A stretch of DNA of 64,000 bases from Eledone cirrhosa (Eukaryota), in assembly GCA_964016885.1 (NCBI GenBank), contig OZ024740.1, positions 222,084,001-222,148,000 of the forward strand, in the 5' to 3' direction. The position numbers were made by a program, and so were the translations under genes. The notes below the pieces were generated by a model, which had not been told where the DNA came from, did not search any database, and was given only the letters and a program-made list of their open reading frames with translations. Of the stretch, positions 11,126 through 23,641 are shown one piece after another (positions within the stretch are counted from its first letter, which is position 1; each line of letters begins with the position of its first letter).

Positions 11126-13124
11126 ACTAGAACAAGACGGAAATCTTCCAACAGCAAAATAACTGCAAGCAATCCCATCTGTTGAACTCTACCAACTGAT
11201 AAATACAATGATTGCCTTTTTCAAAACCTAAAATGGTGCCTGGTACTATACAAGTCTCCTGCTTAACTAGTTTACCAATCCGGTTATTGTAGGCTTTCTG
11301 CGCCTGAAACGACGTGTTCAGTTTCCCATAACTGGAATCTTGTAATATGTAGCCATATCTCGTTTAACCGAGCAGATCACAATATTTGTTGAGCCAACCT
11401 GCTAGAATTGTAGACACCTTATGCTATCTACATTCACTAACAAAACAAATACTCCATCTAGGTACGATCTAGAAGACCAATGACGCGATCATGTTTTGTA
11501 CAAATTCATACTGGCTCATTCAATAAATCCACCTGGAAAATGTCATTGAATTTTGTATCTAAAACATTTAGTGTATGGTGTGATAGATTTGTGAATATAT
11601 AAAGAAAAGACATTAGAATATATTCACTTGAATTGCTTAGATAAGTTACTGTGCAAATGTTGCATTTGGGACGAAATAACTTGAAAACCTGATTAAATAA
11701 AGCATCATCTGTTATATTCGTAGCTCATGTAATGTTATTAAATATCCACAATAAATGGCAAGATGTAGAGAAAGAGCTGAATAACTAACAAAGGGTAATT
11801 GTTGGACCAAAAATAATATATCCCAGATTTAGTGAACGTGAAGATTTGGAAGCTTCTTTTCCCAAGACATGATGGAAAACTTTTCTCTATCAACTATACA
11901 CAAGCTACCCAGCCAATATATTGGAATTTAACAATTGATAAATACACCGCAGTGTCATAAAAATATTCCGTTTAAACACTTAAAATAGAACAAGTAAAAT
12001 CGGCATTCACGAAATATATATTCGGTTCTAGACTAAATACGTAGACACCGCGGAAGAGAAAGACACCTTCAACGCAGAAAATTATCAGATGATACGAAAT
12101 TCTAATTGCCCTGAAGTTGAATGACCAAAGACATCGAGAAATTGTAGGGAAAAACTTGCTGTGTACTATTATGATAAATAGGTATGAACAAAATCTATCG
12201 ACCATTCAATTAAAAAGTAAATAGAAACTAAATAGATGTAGCGCAATATGCATGATGTCCTGCCCGTCAGACATAAATATACTTTAAGAAGAAACTGAGT
12301 TTTTCAGCTAGTAAGAATGGATGTAATCCTATTCTCAGTGGTAATAAACGTACTAGTGTTAGGACTAATAGGATGATATTGACGAAAGAAAATATGAAAA
12401 ATAAATACATGATCGTCACTCTAAACAAATATAAAAATGTATACTTTTTGGTGAAAGCTGTGTGAAAAAATATTCTATTAGAGATACAATATGAAAATAA
12501 TTATCAGAAGGAAGTAAGAAGCAGAAGAAATTAATAGTTAGTTCCCACATAGTCACATGCCAACACACATACATAAACACTCCAATTGAATTGTTTATCA
12601 ACACTCAATATGTATATATGCGAGCAGAGCATAATAGCAGTAGACGTGTTGTCGTCGTCTTGTTATAGTATACATAGTATACATAGTAGTAGTAGTAGTA
12701 GTAGTAGTAGTAACAGCAGCAGCAGTAGTAGTAGTTGTTGTTGTTTTTGTTGTTGTTGTTGCTGTAGTGGTGGTGGTGGTGGTGACAAAAATATATCACT
12801 TTTTCCCCGAAGCATACGTGTTCATAAAGATGACTTGTAACTTAGTAAAAACACCGAAAAGAAAAAAAAATCAAGGCAAATAGTCTTTGCAGTCCCGTGC
12901 ACAGTGGTGATAGTAATCAGGTTAACCCTTGAGCTTGACAATTTACGATTTGGGATTTGCAAGAAATAATTGGGAGACGGAAAAGATTTCAAGAAGTTTG
13001 CATCAGGGAGGAATTACTTGGTGAAGTGTTTTATGCAGGATCTGAGTAACACAGTAGGAGAGAACATAGACAGAAGAAAGATGAACATGTAGCGTGGCTC
13101 GAATGGGGTAGGGTATGATAACCA

Positions 13125-13540
13125 CCGAACTAGTTTAGCGGGATCGAATGAAGCAGAGTGTGAGAACAACTGAGCTAGTTTAGAGGGCTCGAGTGTGTAA
13201 AGTGTGAGAACAACTGAGCTAGTTTGGAGAGCTCGAGTGGGGCAGTGTGTGAGAACAACTGAGGTAGTTTAGAGGGCTCGAGTGTATAAAGTGTGAGAAC
13301 AACTGAGCTAGTTTGGAGGGCTCGAGTGGGACAGAGTGTGAGAACAACTGAGGTAGTTTAGAGGGATCGAGTGGATAAAGTGTGTGAACAACGGAGCCAG
13401 TTTAGAGAGCTCGAGTTGGGCAGAGAGTGAGAAAAACGGAGCCAGTTTAGAAGGCTCGAGTGTGATAGAGTGTGAGAAAAACTGAGCTAGTTTAGAGAGC
13501 TCGAGTTGGGCAGAATGTGAGAACAACTGAGCTAGTTCAG
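13125..13540. repeat. Minisatellite, ~44-46 bp unit, about 9 copies (gtgtgagaacaactgagctagtttagagggctcgagtg...)
   Basis: Tandem units visible, with two alternating variants. Confidence 0.9.
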
Positions 13541-14444
13541 AGGAGCAGAACTATTAGTTTCTCTACAAGAAATGTTAGAGAAGCTAATGGTTGAAGTATG
13601 AGATAAATGACATTCTAAATACGATCTAAGATATCGTTTGTGTAACATCAACACCTAAGTATCTATATTTAATGAAGATCTACTTCAGCTCTAGAGATTC
13701 AGTAATTCATCAAGGCTGAATACAATATTGCTAACGAAAATGAACCCTCGTATTTCTGATGGAGATTTTTTCTAAATTTATATATGCGTATGTATCAAGA
13801 AGAAAGGTGCGTGCCTTAGTTATTAGAAAATTGGAGTTAAAATCGTGAGGTAGCGAGTTGGACTTCGGACCAGGCAATGCGTTATGTCCTTGAGCAAGTC
13901 TCTATTGCCAGAAGGTGCAACCAGTAGATAGTATCAGCAATTGGAAAGATCAATGGAAACATTGTTTCCTCGGTCCGAAAAGATGTGCCCCGCCCTACTT
14001 GGTAAGCAAATGTGGTCTGGTATGTTGTAAATCGATGGTCATTCATTCTTGTATCAAGAAACCCTTCATGGACAGGCGTCCCGTTCAGAAAGCCATTTCC
14101 TTTTAGTGGTGTGTTAATCGTAAGTAGATAGACGTCTTCTCTGAATGCATATTAATCAAGTTTGAATTTTGTTGAAAGAGACTAAGTTGCCGTGTTCCAT
14201 AGAATGATTATAGAGTTGGCATGAGACATTAAGCTGCACACACATTATACTTATATATAGAATGTTAAGTAGGAAAAGTTATGGTTTCATATGCCTTTTC
14301 ATAGGAGTGTGTCGTTGGTGAATAACATAACTTTGGGGTAAACTTGATTTCACTGACTGAGTTTCATGGTATATTTTAGATACAACTAACAATATTGTTG
14401 TTTAACAAGAAAATTCTGATCCAATATATGACACCCGAATAAAT

Positions 14445-14830
14445 GTCAGCCATAGATGTGACTAGTTGATGTAATACATGTATGTCATAGATGTGATTGG
14501 ATGACATAATAGAAGTCAGTCATAGATTGGAGTAAATGACGCAATATAAGTCAATCATAACTGTGACTAGATGATGTAATAAATGTCAGTCTAAGATGTG
14601 AGTAGATGACGTAATATATGTCAGTCATAAATGTAAGTAGATGGCGTAACAGCTATCTGTCATATATGTGAGATGATGTTATATGTGTCAACACTAGATA
14701 TTATTAGATGACGTAATGGAAGTCACCCATAGATGTGGGATGATGACGTAATAAACGTCTACCACAGGTGTGAATAGATGACGTAATAGATATCAATCAT
14801 AGGTGTTAGTTGATGAGGTAAATTTGACGT
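14445..14830. repeat. Diverged minisatellite, ~35-bp unit (gtcagtcatagatgtgactagatgacgtaata)
   Basis: Recurring catagatgtg...gatgacgtaat motifs. Confidence 0.85.
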
Positions 14831-15097
14831 AATTATGTGTTAAGAATGGGTCCTTGTTTCAGTTTCTAAACACCGATACGCCATGCATGTATAAATTACC
14901 ACTCACCTGGGTGAGCAATATAAATCTCGTGAACGAGAAATGCTGCCGGAGTAGTAAGTTTGAGAAACAGACCATATAACCCCAATGACTACCCAAAGCA
15001 CCTGTCAATCGGATGTATAAGGAAAGCATTGCTATTCATGAGGAAGCATGAGGAGAAGCAGGTAGGGAGAGTAGGAGCTGGAATGATAATAATAATA

Positions 15098-15190
15098 ATT
15101 GTTTCTACTTTAGGCACAAGGCCAGCAATTACCCAGTGCGTTACTGGTACTTTATTTCATCGACCCCGTAAGGATGAAAGGCAAAGTCAA
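15098..15190 (-). mobile_element. 5'-truncated family-A SINE sitting in the (ATT)n tail of the Tx1-like LINE
   Basis: Only the 3' half of the SINE is present, with (AAT)-type repeats on both sides. Confidence 0.8.
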
Positions 15191-15480
15191 ATCATAATAA
15201 TGATTTCATTTATTGGCCACAAGGACCGACATGTAGGGTACAATACAAAGAGACAGACAGTGGGGGTTTACAATAAGGTCGAGTAAAAGTGCACAACGGC
15301 AAGACTAATTTAACAATGAAGATATAAACATATAAAATAAACCATGCATAAATATAACAAAATAAATTCCCCTATAGGGAGTGGCCGACCCAGGGGTGAC
15401 TCAGGTACCCCACAAATCCTGAACCACCCTGCGCTTCTAGAGTACCCAGGGAAAGCACCCCTCTCCTCAAATTAGCTAGC

Positions 15481-18400
15481 CTATAGGCGCATGGTCAGAA
15501 TAGGCCTATTCACACGGGCCATTCTCGCCACATTCGTCCACCTTTTAGCAAATGTACTGGGGGGCAGCACTTCTTCCTCCACCCTCACCTTCCTTTCCAG
15601 GTGAAACTTGAAGAAGTTGATGAGGGATTGAAAGGTATCTATCTTCAGTCCTTTCAATCTGGTCCACCATATAACACCTTTCGCAACTGCCACCAGACAG
15701 GAAAATTCCCTGGCCAAAGGAAAGCGGCGGGTCAATCTTCACTATGGACTCGGCCGATAGCCGGATCCGTTCTACACGCGACAGTAGCTGTTCGACATAA
15801 TTCCACAAGTCAGTAATGGACGGACATTGGACAAGTGCGTGCAGAACGGTTTCGTCGCTCTATGCGCATCTCGGGCAGGTCCGTGTGACAGCACGTCCGT
15901 GCCTGTAGAGTTTATCCCGAACCGACAGTGCCCCCCCCGGTAGCACTGCCAAGCGAGAGTTCTGGAATTTCTCCATCGTCCCCGGCTCGAAAGTCCTCCG
16001 GAACAGACTGGTCAGTTCGACTTCTCCGAGTGCGCCATCGCACTTTCCCACCACCAATCCTCTATAGAACTAGAGAGTGGAAGTTCCACTGATCGCATTG
16101 CCCGCTTGGCAGAGGGCAGTGAGTGCCTGGCAACATTCCAGGTGCCAGTCACCTAGTCTCGGTCTCATCTTGACCCAGAACTGCAGCTCAGTCAAAGAAA
16201 CGAGCTGCGGAAAGGCCCGTCTGATAAACGACGACCACACCTGTTCACCGTTTAGGCAGAATATCTGGAGATTTCACAGCCCCAGCGCATGTCTGCGCAT
16301 CAGTAGACACGGCATGCTCAGCCCTCCGTATAGAGGGTGCTGGCAGCAGATGGACCGCCCCACCAACGGAATTTGTCCTCTCCACAAGAATTTGGCGAGG
16401 CGCGGACGGGAGCAAGGCACGACGGTCAGGCGGTAGTAGATGACGGACGCGATGTATGCATTCGCCACCTCTGTACGACCTTTCAGTGATAGCTTCCTTG
16501 CAGCCCATATTTGGATGAGACTGGCTACCTGCTCGTTACCTCGTCCCAATTCTTTTCCACCTGGAGATCTGGTCCGAACCTAACCCCGAGCAACTTTATC
16601 GATCCGTCCGTCCAGCACCCCACGACGCTGGACGCTGTTGGACGGCATGGTCTTGCCTCTACAGGCTCCGAGCTGCAAGCCCACCGACTTTTCAGGGTTA
16701 AGTTTGGCTCCTGTCAAACTTTCATGTTCCTTCAATAAGGTTCCGACCACCTCGATTCCTGAGGTGTCCGACACCATCACGGTGATGCCGTCCGTATAAG
16801 CCGACACAGCCCTTCTACGTCGCGGTTCGAGCGGGATGCCTTGCGACAGCTCCAACTTCCGCAGTAAAGGCTCGAGAGTCAATACGTACAGAAGGGAAGA
16901 GAGAGGGCACCCTTGACGGACCGATCGGGAGAGCCGAAATGGTTCCGAGAGGTGGCCATTAACCTTGACCACCGAGCATGTGCTGCTGTGCATTGCAACG
17001 ATCCAGCTTCTGAAGACAGGGCCGAAACCAGCTGCTTTGAGGACAGCCACCAGATACCGATGGTCAACCCTATCGAATGCTTTCGATTGATCTAAATTGA
17101 TCAGTGCCCCACCGAAGTCATGTTTGCTCCCTACCCTCTCTATGATGTATCGCATGCGGTGGAGATTCTTGTGTATGGACTTGGCTGGGATTGCCCAAGT
17201 TTGCGCCTCCCAAACCAAATCCTCGACGACAAGCGCCAATCTCTTTGCTAACACCTTGGCCAAAATCTTAAACTCTGTGTTATGGGCCTGAAGTTGTCTC
17301 TTGTCCTCGTCTTTCTATATCAGCGTCACCACTCACTTGCTCACAGAACTGGGAATGCTCCCATTCTGCTGCCAGTTGCAGTAGAGCGCTTCGAGGAGAT
17401 CGGAGAACAAGTCTGGCATATTTACGTAAAGTTCGTAAGACAGGCCATCCAAATCGGGTGACTTGCGCCTCATGCAGCCGACAAGGGCGTCCTGAATTTC
17501 GGCTGAAGTAATCGGCGTCCTGAATTTCGGCTGACCGTCGACCGTCGAGATGCGCGGCAAGCCGTCAAGGTAGGTACTGAAATCCGCTACTCTCTCTGAC
17601 CCGCCACTCTCCCCGAACAACCGAGCAAAGTGCTGGCGAAAAGCCTCACATATCTGCTTAGAATCGCTTATCTCTTGTCCATCTCGATCCGCCAAAACCA
17701 AATTGTGGTTTTATTACTACAAAGATGCGCCTCCGCCACGTGGGCCTATCGAACAGCTTTGGTTCCCTCATTTCTCAGCGCACGTGCCTTAGATCTGACA
17801 ATGCAACCTTCGTGTTTCGAATTGAAGAAATGATCTAATGCCATTCTCGCCGCCAGTTGCAATGCCACTACAAATAGCCTCGTCTAACCTTTCTACCAGC
17901 TTCCCCTCCTTTCTATTTTTCTCCAACGCTAGTTCTTTGCTGAACTCTATTGAAGTTACTCTAATCTCTCTTTTGAGAGCCCCAACCATCTGTTGTTGAT
18001 GATCCCCTTGTCAACTTTTGCTTAACTAAATTATTGACTCGGTCCCTGTAAGCTTTACGTGTCGGAAATGACATGTTTAGCTTCCAGTAACCCGGTCCCG
18101 ACCTACTCGTTTTATCTAGGTCGACTATACAGATCACCAATTTGTGATCTGAATAGGCGACAGTTTTAAAAAGTGGGCAGCCTACACTATTTCTATTTAT
18201 TTTGCTAATGAAGATCCTGCCTATATACGATCTAGATGACCCAATGCGGTTGGTCCACGTCCACACTGGCGTATTTGGGGAAATCCTGTCGATACCTGTC
18301 AGACAGTTGGAAATGGCTGATTAGGTGCTTGCGGCTTTTGCACTCCCGCTCCTATCAGCTACTCTAACACAATTCCAGTGTGCGTCTAAGATGCGGTTCC

Positions 18401-18814
18401 AGTCCCCCCTAACAGTAAAGGGCGAGACGTACCCAGAACGGTTTCCAGGCGCCTAAAGAAGTCCGGTCGTCGGCCCCAGTAGACGGCCAGCAATCTAAAG
18501 GCCCCAACTTTGCTATAGTTCACATCCAGGACCACCAACTTACCGTCCGGGTCCCGAAATATCGACTTTACCTAGAGATCCATGCCTATCCTAAACCACA
18601 CTGCCACCCCACCTCCCATTCCCGGCCTGCTAACAACTGCGAATATCTGATAGTCGTCGAAAATGGGGGCTAGTGCGCGTGTGTCGGAAATCCTGGTCTC
18701 GCTGACGGCAATAACATCCATTTCCAAAGACCTGAGGTCGTTTAGCAGGCGACCCTGCTTCCAGGGTGACCCCAGGCCGTGAACATTTAAACATCCTACT
18801 CTTAATATGGCCAT
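15481..18814 (-). pseudogene. L1/Tx1 ORF2 with multiple frameshifts and stops
   Basis: APE, RT and C-terminal Cys motifs are split over at least 7 ORF fragments, in the correct order. Confidence 0.9.
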
Positions 18815-19545
18815 GTTGGTAAGCTAAAGGTGAGAGGGAAGGTTTACTTACCCCCCGGAGTCTTGTGGTTCGACCGCCATGGTTGGTGTTGTTTCTTTTG
18901 GGAACCCCTTTAAAAGTCTCGATGTGGGTTTCATGTTCGGGGTTCCCACATCTTGAGGAAAGCTCTCTCGAATTTCTTTGTAGGAATCGAGCGACATTCG
19001 CACCAGATGCAAATCTTCTGACACGCCAAATGTGCTCAATTCAAAGATCTCCCCCTCTGTTTGAATGTCCTCGCTTCGTGCTAAGAGGGCCATCAATTTA
19101 TCGTTGGCCCTTCTGACAAGCACGAAGTTTGTAATGTTTTGTTAGTGTGGTTTTATTTGTTTTCGTTTTGGTAACTGTGGTGGTGATGATTCTGGTGGTG
19201 TTATTTCGGGTATGTCTGTGGTTGTTGTAGGTATGGTGTCTGTAATTTCAGGTGTTTGTGTGTTTATTTGTTCTTGTGTTTATTTAGGTTGTTTGCGTTT
19301 CGGGGATTGTGGGGTGGTGTTGATGTTGACGTTGGTGTTGATGTTATTGGGGAAGTGTTTGCGTTAGTGGTGTCTGTATTTTTTGTTGTCTATGTTTTTA
19401 TGTTTTGTTGGGGCTTTTTTTCTGTTGGTGAGTTTTCTCTTTTGTTTTTTGGCACGTTTGGGTTTTCCTTCATCTTCATTGCTGGAAGACAAAGGACCTG
19501 TGGCTGTGAGTGCATCTGTGTCTCTGTGTGCATTTATTGTTTTGT

Positions 19546-20664
19546 CTATGTGTATAATTGGAGGGGTAGGGGAGTGGGAGAGCTTTTCCCGTTTTCCCCT
19601 TGGATTGGTTTCGGTGCTTGTGGTGGTCCTGCTGATTTTGATGTTGGTGTGGTTGTCCGTGACATTGTTGGTATTGTTTTTGGTGGTGGTGGAGCAGCTT
19701 TCTGTGCTGACACTGGCGTTGGTAACAAAGGAGGTTTGCGATCCACTGCATTTTTGAGCTGATGGCAGAAGGTTTGCAGATGCGTTGCTTCCCCGCAGAC
19801 GAAGCAGTGCGGCCTTCTTCCCTCAGTGATTAATTGGACTCTTGTCCCGTCCTGTAGGCGGGAAAAATCCGGGATGTTGTTCATATCCTCCGGTTTCATT
19901 TGGAGAAGAATCTCTAAATCCATTCCGGACCAGTCTTCTCTCTCTGTCCTTTTGATATCTAGGAGGATAGTGTCTGTCCTCTCCTTGATTACGCATCCCA
20001 GGAACCACCATATGTTCATTCCTGGTGGGATGCTGGGAATGCGGACCTTTTCTGTCCTTTTTCCCATGTAGAACGGGTGCATGATAATGCGTTCCGTTCT
20101 GCAGGAGGTCACCGAGTGTTTAATAGCAAGGGACTCGGTTTTGAACAGTACCGAGATGTTACCGAACTGCTTGGTCCTGGCTTTGTACTCGATGTCACTT
20201 CCGATGCACTTTAAAGCAGCCTCGACCTCTGCTTGGCTGGCGAGTTCCACTTTGCGTGTCTGCACTGAAATGCATCGAAAGTACACCGTCCCCCTTTGCA
20301 TGGCCGCTATTGCCGGGATGGTCAGGTTTGCCCAGGACTTCTCTCGTTTAATTAACCTCCACGCCTGGGCCAACTGTTGTTCCTTATCGCTAATATCTAC
20401 ATTGAAGAAGCGCTTTGTTTTCGATGCTGCCGCTGCAAAGGTGGCGCCTCCGTCGCTCTTGTTGTTGGTGTTGTCGTTCTTGTTGTTGTTGTTGGTGTTG
20501 TTGTTGTTGTTTTGTTTGTTGTTGCTGTTGCCACCGCCATCAGTGTTTACATTGAGGCTGCCGGTGTTATTGTCGTTGTTGTTCTGGGTTGTTGTTGTTG
20601 TGGTGGTGGTGGTTGCGTTGGTGGTGGTGGTGATGTCGTTTTGAGATGATACTGCCTCTATCAC
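19546..20664 (-). pseudogene. L1/Tx1 ORF1 (gag-like, CCHC knuckle), with frameshifted continuation to ~18848
   Basis: CFVCGEATHLQTFC knuckle, T/N-rich N-terminus and P-rich C-terminus. Confidence 0.85.
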
Positions 20665-21574
20665 AGAGGGAAGAAGAAGAAGAAGACGATGACGACGAAG
20701 CTGGAAGATGACGCAGAAGAGATTGATCTAACTTTTTTTTTTCATATATTCTTCAATTCCTCATATATGAAATAACTCTACAAGTAAAGTGAATAGTTTA
20801 TAGAGCAATCAGTGTGTAAATAGATTTATAGATTCGGGGAAGAATATGGTTTAGATGCGATGTACATGTATAAAGAAATGAAAATCTAGAAATCGAATAA
20901 AAGAAAATTATATGTTCTCATATACATCTGTTGGTGTTTTTCTTGCAACAAATAGACGCTTCAGTAGTATAGACATTGACAGCTTAAACATCTTATTTCA
21001 TTGTATAATCTGATGGTTGAGACATACGTTATTCGGCTTGCCTTACAAATAAGATTCCTTTTGCATTTCTATTCGAAATAAGTGTAAGGAAAGCGAGATA
21101 ACTGACTTAAAAAATCTTTGCAATTTTCATGCTGGAATATTGACATTTCAACTTGAAGAAAATTTTTAGATGTTTTGCACGCAATTTAACAACAGCTGTA
21201 TAAAGCACACACAAAAATTATAACCTGACTATTAAAAGGAACATTTAGCAAAACATACATGAAATATTGTATGTTAGCGTATTGCTGATAGTTTACAAGT
21301 GTTTATCAAACAAAATATGGAAGACGGCATAATGCAGCATGATTATAATATAATAAAAATTCTTTCCACGCCAGTATCTGTCATGTATATTGCCTTTGTG
21401 ATGTTTTCAGAAATGCACAAGCTCGTACACATACATACATACGAACACAAACAAATACGTGTGTGTATGTTTGTTTTGTATGTATGTATATACATATATA
21501 CATACACATTACACTCACACACGCACGCATATATATATGTATACATTTATCACGCACCAACACGCACAGAAGCC

Positions 21575-21626
<52 letters not shown>

Positions 21627-21629
<3 letters not shown>

Positions 21630-21687
21630 CGGCTTCCAAAATGTACCCGCCATATATATATACCGTATAATTATGTTATAAGAAGCC

Positions 21688-21758
<71 letters not shown>

Positions 21759-22064
21759 TTATATATATATATATTAGAAAGTGAGGTTTTTTTACAAAAT
21801 GAGAAATAACCGAGGTGTCCTACACGAGTGAAAGTATAAAGAAAAAGAGATGAAATCGAAAATGCAACTGGAGTCTTATTTAAAAAAAATATATATATAT
21901 TTATTTGGTTCCTTTACCGGTTACGCAGTTCTTCTGCTTTTCAAAAGGTGAGTTGAGATGGAGGGTCTGTGGTTTTTCTCACATCTCGGTAAAGGAACCA
22001 AATAAATATATATATTTAAAAAGAAAATAAGACTCCAGTTGCATTTTCGATTTCATCTCTTTTT

Positions 22065-22123
<59 letters not shown>

Positions 22124-22184
22124 GGCTTCTTAAAACCTAATTATACGGTATATATATATGGCGGGTAGGTTTTGGAAGTCGCTA
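21627..22184. repeat. Nested inverted repeats in (TA)n tracts: outer 21627-21690/22121-22184, inner 21836-21919/21988-22070
   Basis: Arms checked by reverse complement, e.g. gcggcttccaaaa/ttttggaagtcgc and gagatgaaatcgaaaatgcaactggagtc/gactccagttgcattttcgatttcatctc. Confidence 0.9.
21911..21948 (-). ncRNA. Degenerate minimal type-I hammerhead ribozyme
   Basis: Minus strand reads cctt-TTGAAAA-gcag aagaa ctgc-GTAA-ccgg-TA-aagg. Stems I and II and the palindromic loop are intact, but the core has 3 substitutions. Confidence 0.55.
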
Positions 22185-23169
22185 CAATGCATATGGAGTT
22201 GTAAATATTGAGGTAAAAAAGGAGGAAGATAGGGAGATGGGAGATTGAGTGCAAAGAAGGAAAGAATAGACAAAAAAACAGTGATTTGGGTAATGTTCAT
22301 TAATCTTGTTATATACCTATCCATATTCAAGGTATATGTTTAGAACTTCGGAGAATGTGGGGGAAGAACATGGTTTTTGTTGAAGTTATTACTGGGATCC
22401 TTGCCCGATCAACATACACAGTTTCGACCCATATATATATATATATATATATAGTAATAATAATAAATTTGAAGACTAAAATCCAAAGAGGGCTCGATAA
22501 GGATAAATATATATCAAATATATAAGAACCGTAGAGCAAATATTTATTAAAATAACAGATTAAAGTTTAAGCAAAGAATCGCTGCTTTCCCCTTTAACGG
22601 GATCTTCTGAAGATCCCGTTAAGGGTGAAAGCAGCGATTCCTTGCTTAAACTTTAATGTATTATTTTAATATATATATATATATAAACGGAAAAAAAAGC
22701 AAACGAAATTTCATTTCCCACTCTTAGTACGGCTGTTACTTAAAAATAAGTATGTATATGTACATACATATATATATACAGACGTACAGTAGTATGTATA
22801 TATATATATACATACATGCACACATATATATATGTACGTATGGATTCATCAAACATTTATTATAATGCTCGGTGTGTTTGTAAACAAACATCCCGTATTA
22901 AGCCGTAGTGTCTAGCAACCGCCGTTGCTCGTTTGTTCAACACTGGCAAAGGAACGCTGTACTAGTTTCAAGCTTGTTAGCTATCGTCAGCAACGTATAC
23001 CTTCCTGCCAGATAGTTGAACGTCCGAAAGTATATACTTTCCTTATGCATATTAACGGCTGAGTAGCCCAATTTGCATACACTCGATATGCAAATTGGGC
23101 TACTCAGCCGTTAATATGCATAAGGAAAGTATATACTTTCGGACGTTCAACTATCTGGCAGGAAGGTAT

Positions 23170-23212
23170 ACGTTGCTGACGATAGCTAACAAGCTTGAAA
23201 CTAGTACAGCGT
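23170..23212 (+). ncRNA. Minimal type-I hammerhead ribozyme (mirror copy on minus strand at 22954-22996)
   Basis: acgttg-CTGACGA-t agc taacaa gct t-GAAA-ctag-TA-cagcgt. Full catalytic core, palindromic stem-III loop and GUA cleavage triplet. Confidence 0.85.
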
Positions 23213-23449
23213 TCCTTTGCCAGTGTTGAACAAACGAGCAACGGCGGTTGCTAGACACTACGGATTAATACGGGATGTTTGTTTTCAAACACACCGAGCA
23301 TTATAATAAATGTTTGGTGAATCCATACGTACATATATATATGTGTGCATGTATGTATATATATATACATACTACTGTACGTCTGTATACATATATGTAT
23401 GTACGTATACATACTTATATATATATATATATTGAAATAAATATATATT

Positions 23450-23500
23450 AGTTTCAGAAGATCCCGTTAAGGGTGAAAGCAGCGATTCTTTGCTTAAACT
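23450..23500 (+). ncRNA. Type-I hammerhead, second family, with core variant CAGAAGA (CTGAAGA reads at 22607-22613)
   Basis: agttt-CAGAAGA-t ccc gttaa ggg t-GAAA-gca..tgc-TT-aaact. All three stems can form. Confidence 0.6.
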
Positions 23501-23596
23501 TTAATCTGTTATTTTAATAAATATTTGCTCTAGGGTTCTTATATATTTATCCTTATCGACCCCTCTTTGGAATTTAGTCTTCACATTTTTTATTAT

Positions 23597-23637
<41 letters not shown>

Positions 23638-23641
<4 letters not shown>

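Larger units (their letters stand above)
15191..20720 (-). mobile_element. Decayed, near full-length L1/Tx1-type LINE (ORF1 plus ORF2 APE-RT-CCHC)
   Basis: ORF1 19546-20664. ORF2 fragments: 18572-18814 (GCLNVHGL, VIAVSET), 17961-18266 (SDH, GPGYWKLN), 17333-17701 (KSPDLDGL), 16580-17263 (DQSKAFDRVDH, RQGCPLS, AYTDG), 15860-16057 (CPRC), 15481-15735. The 3' end has AATAAA followed by (ATT)n. Confidence 0.92.
22453..23600. repeat. ~1.15-kb concentric palindrome: outer arms 22453-22609/23455-23600, local fold-back centred at 22608, inner near-perfect palindrome 22747-23079/23087-23417
   Basis: Arms verified by reverse complement. Inner arms are ~330 bp with a 7-nt spacer (cactcga). The structure is bounded by (TA)n. 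Confidence 0.95.

Noticed and set aside
11760-12250. Possible CR1-like LINE 3' remnant (similar weak traces at ~12880-13080 and ~26480-26880)
   Set aside because: Too degenerate to support by eye.
13125-13540. Regular repeats resembling a CRISPR array
   Set aside because: The units are contiguous with no unique spacers, there are no cas genes and the context is eukaryotic. It is a minisatellite.
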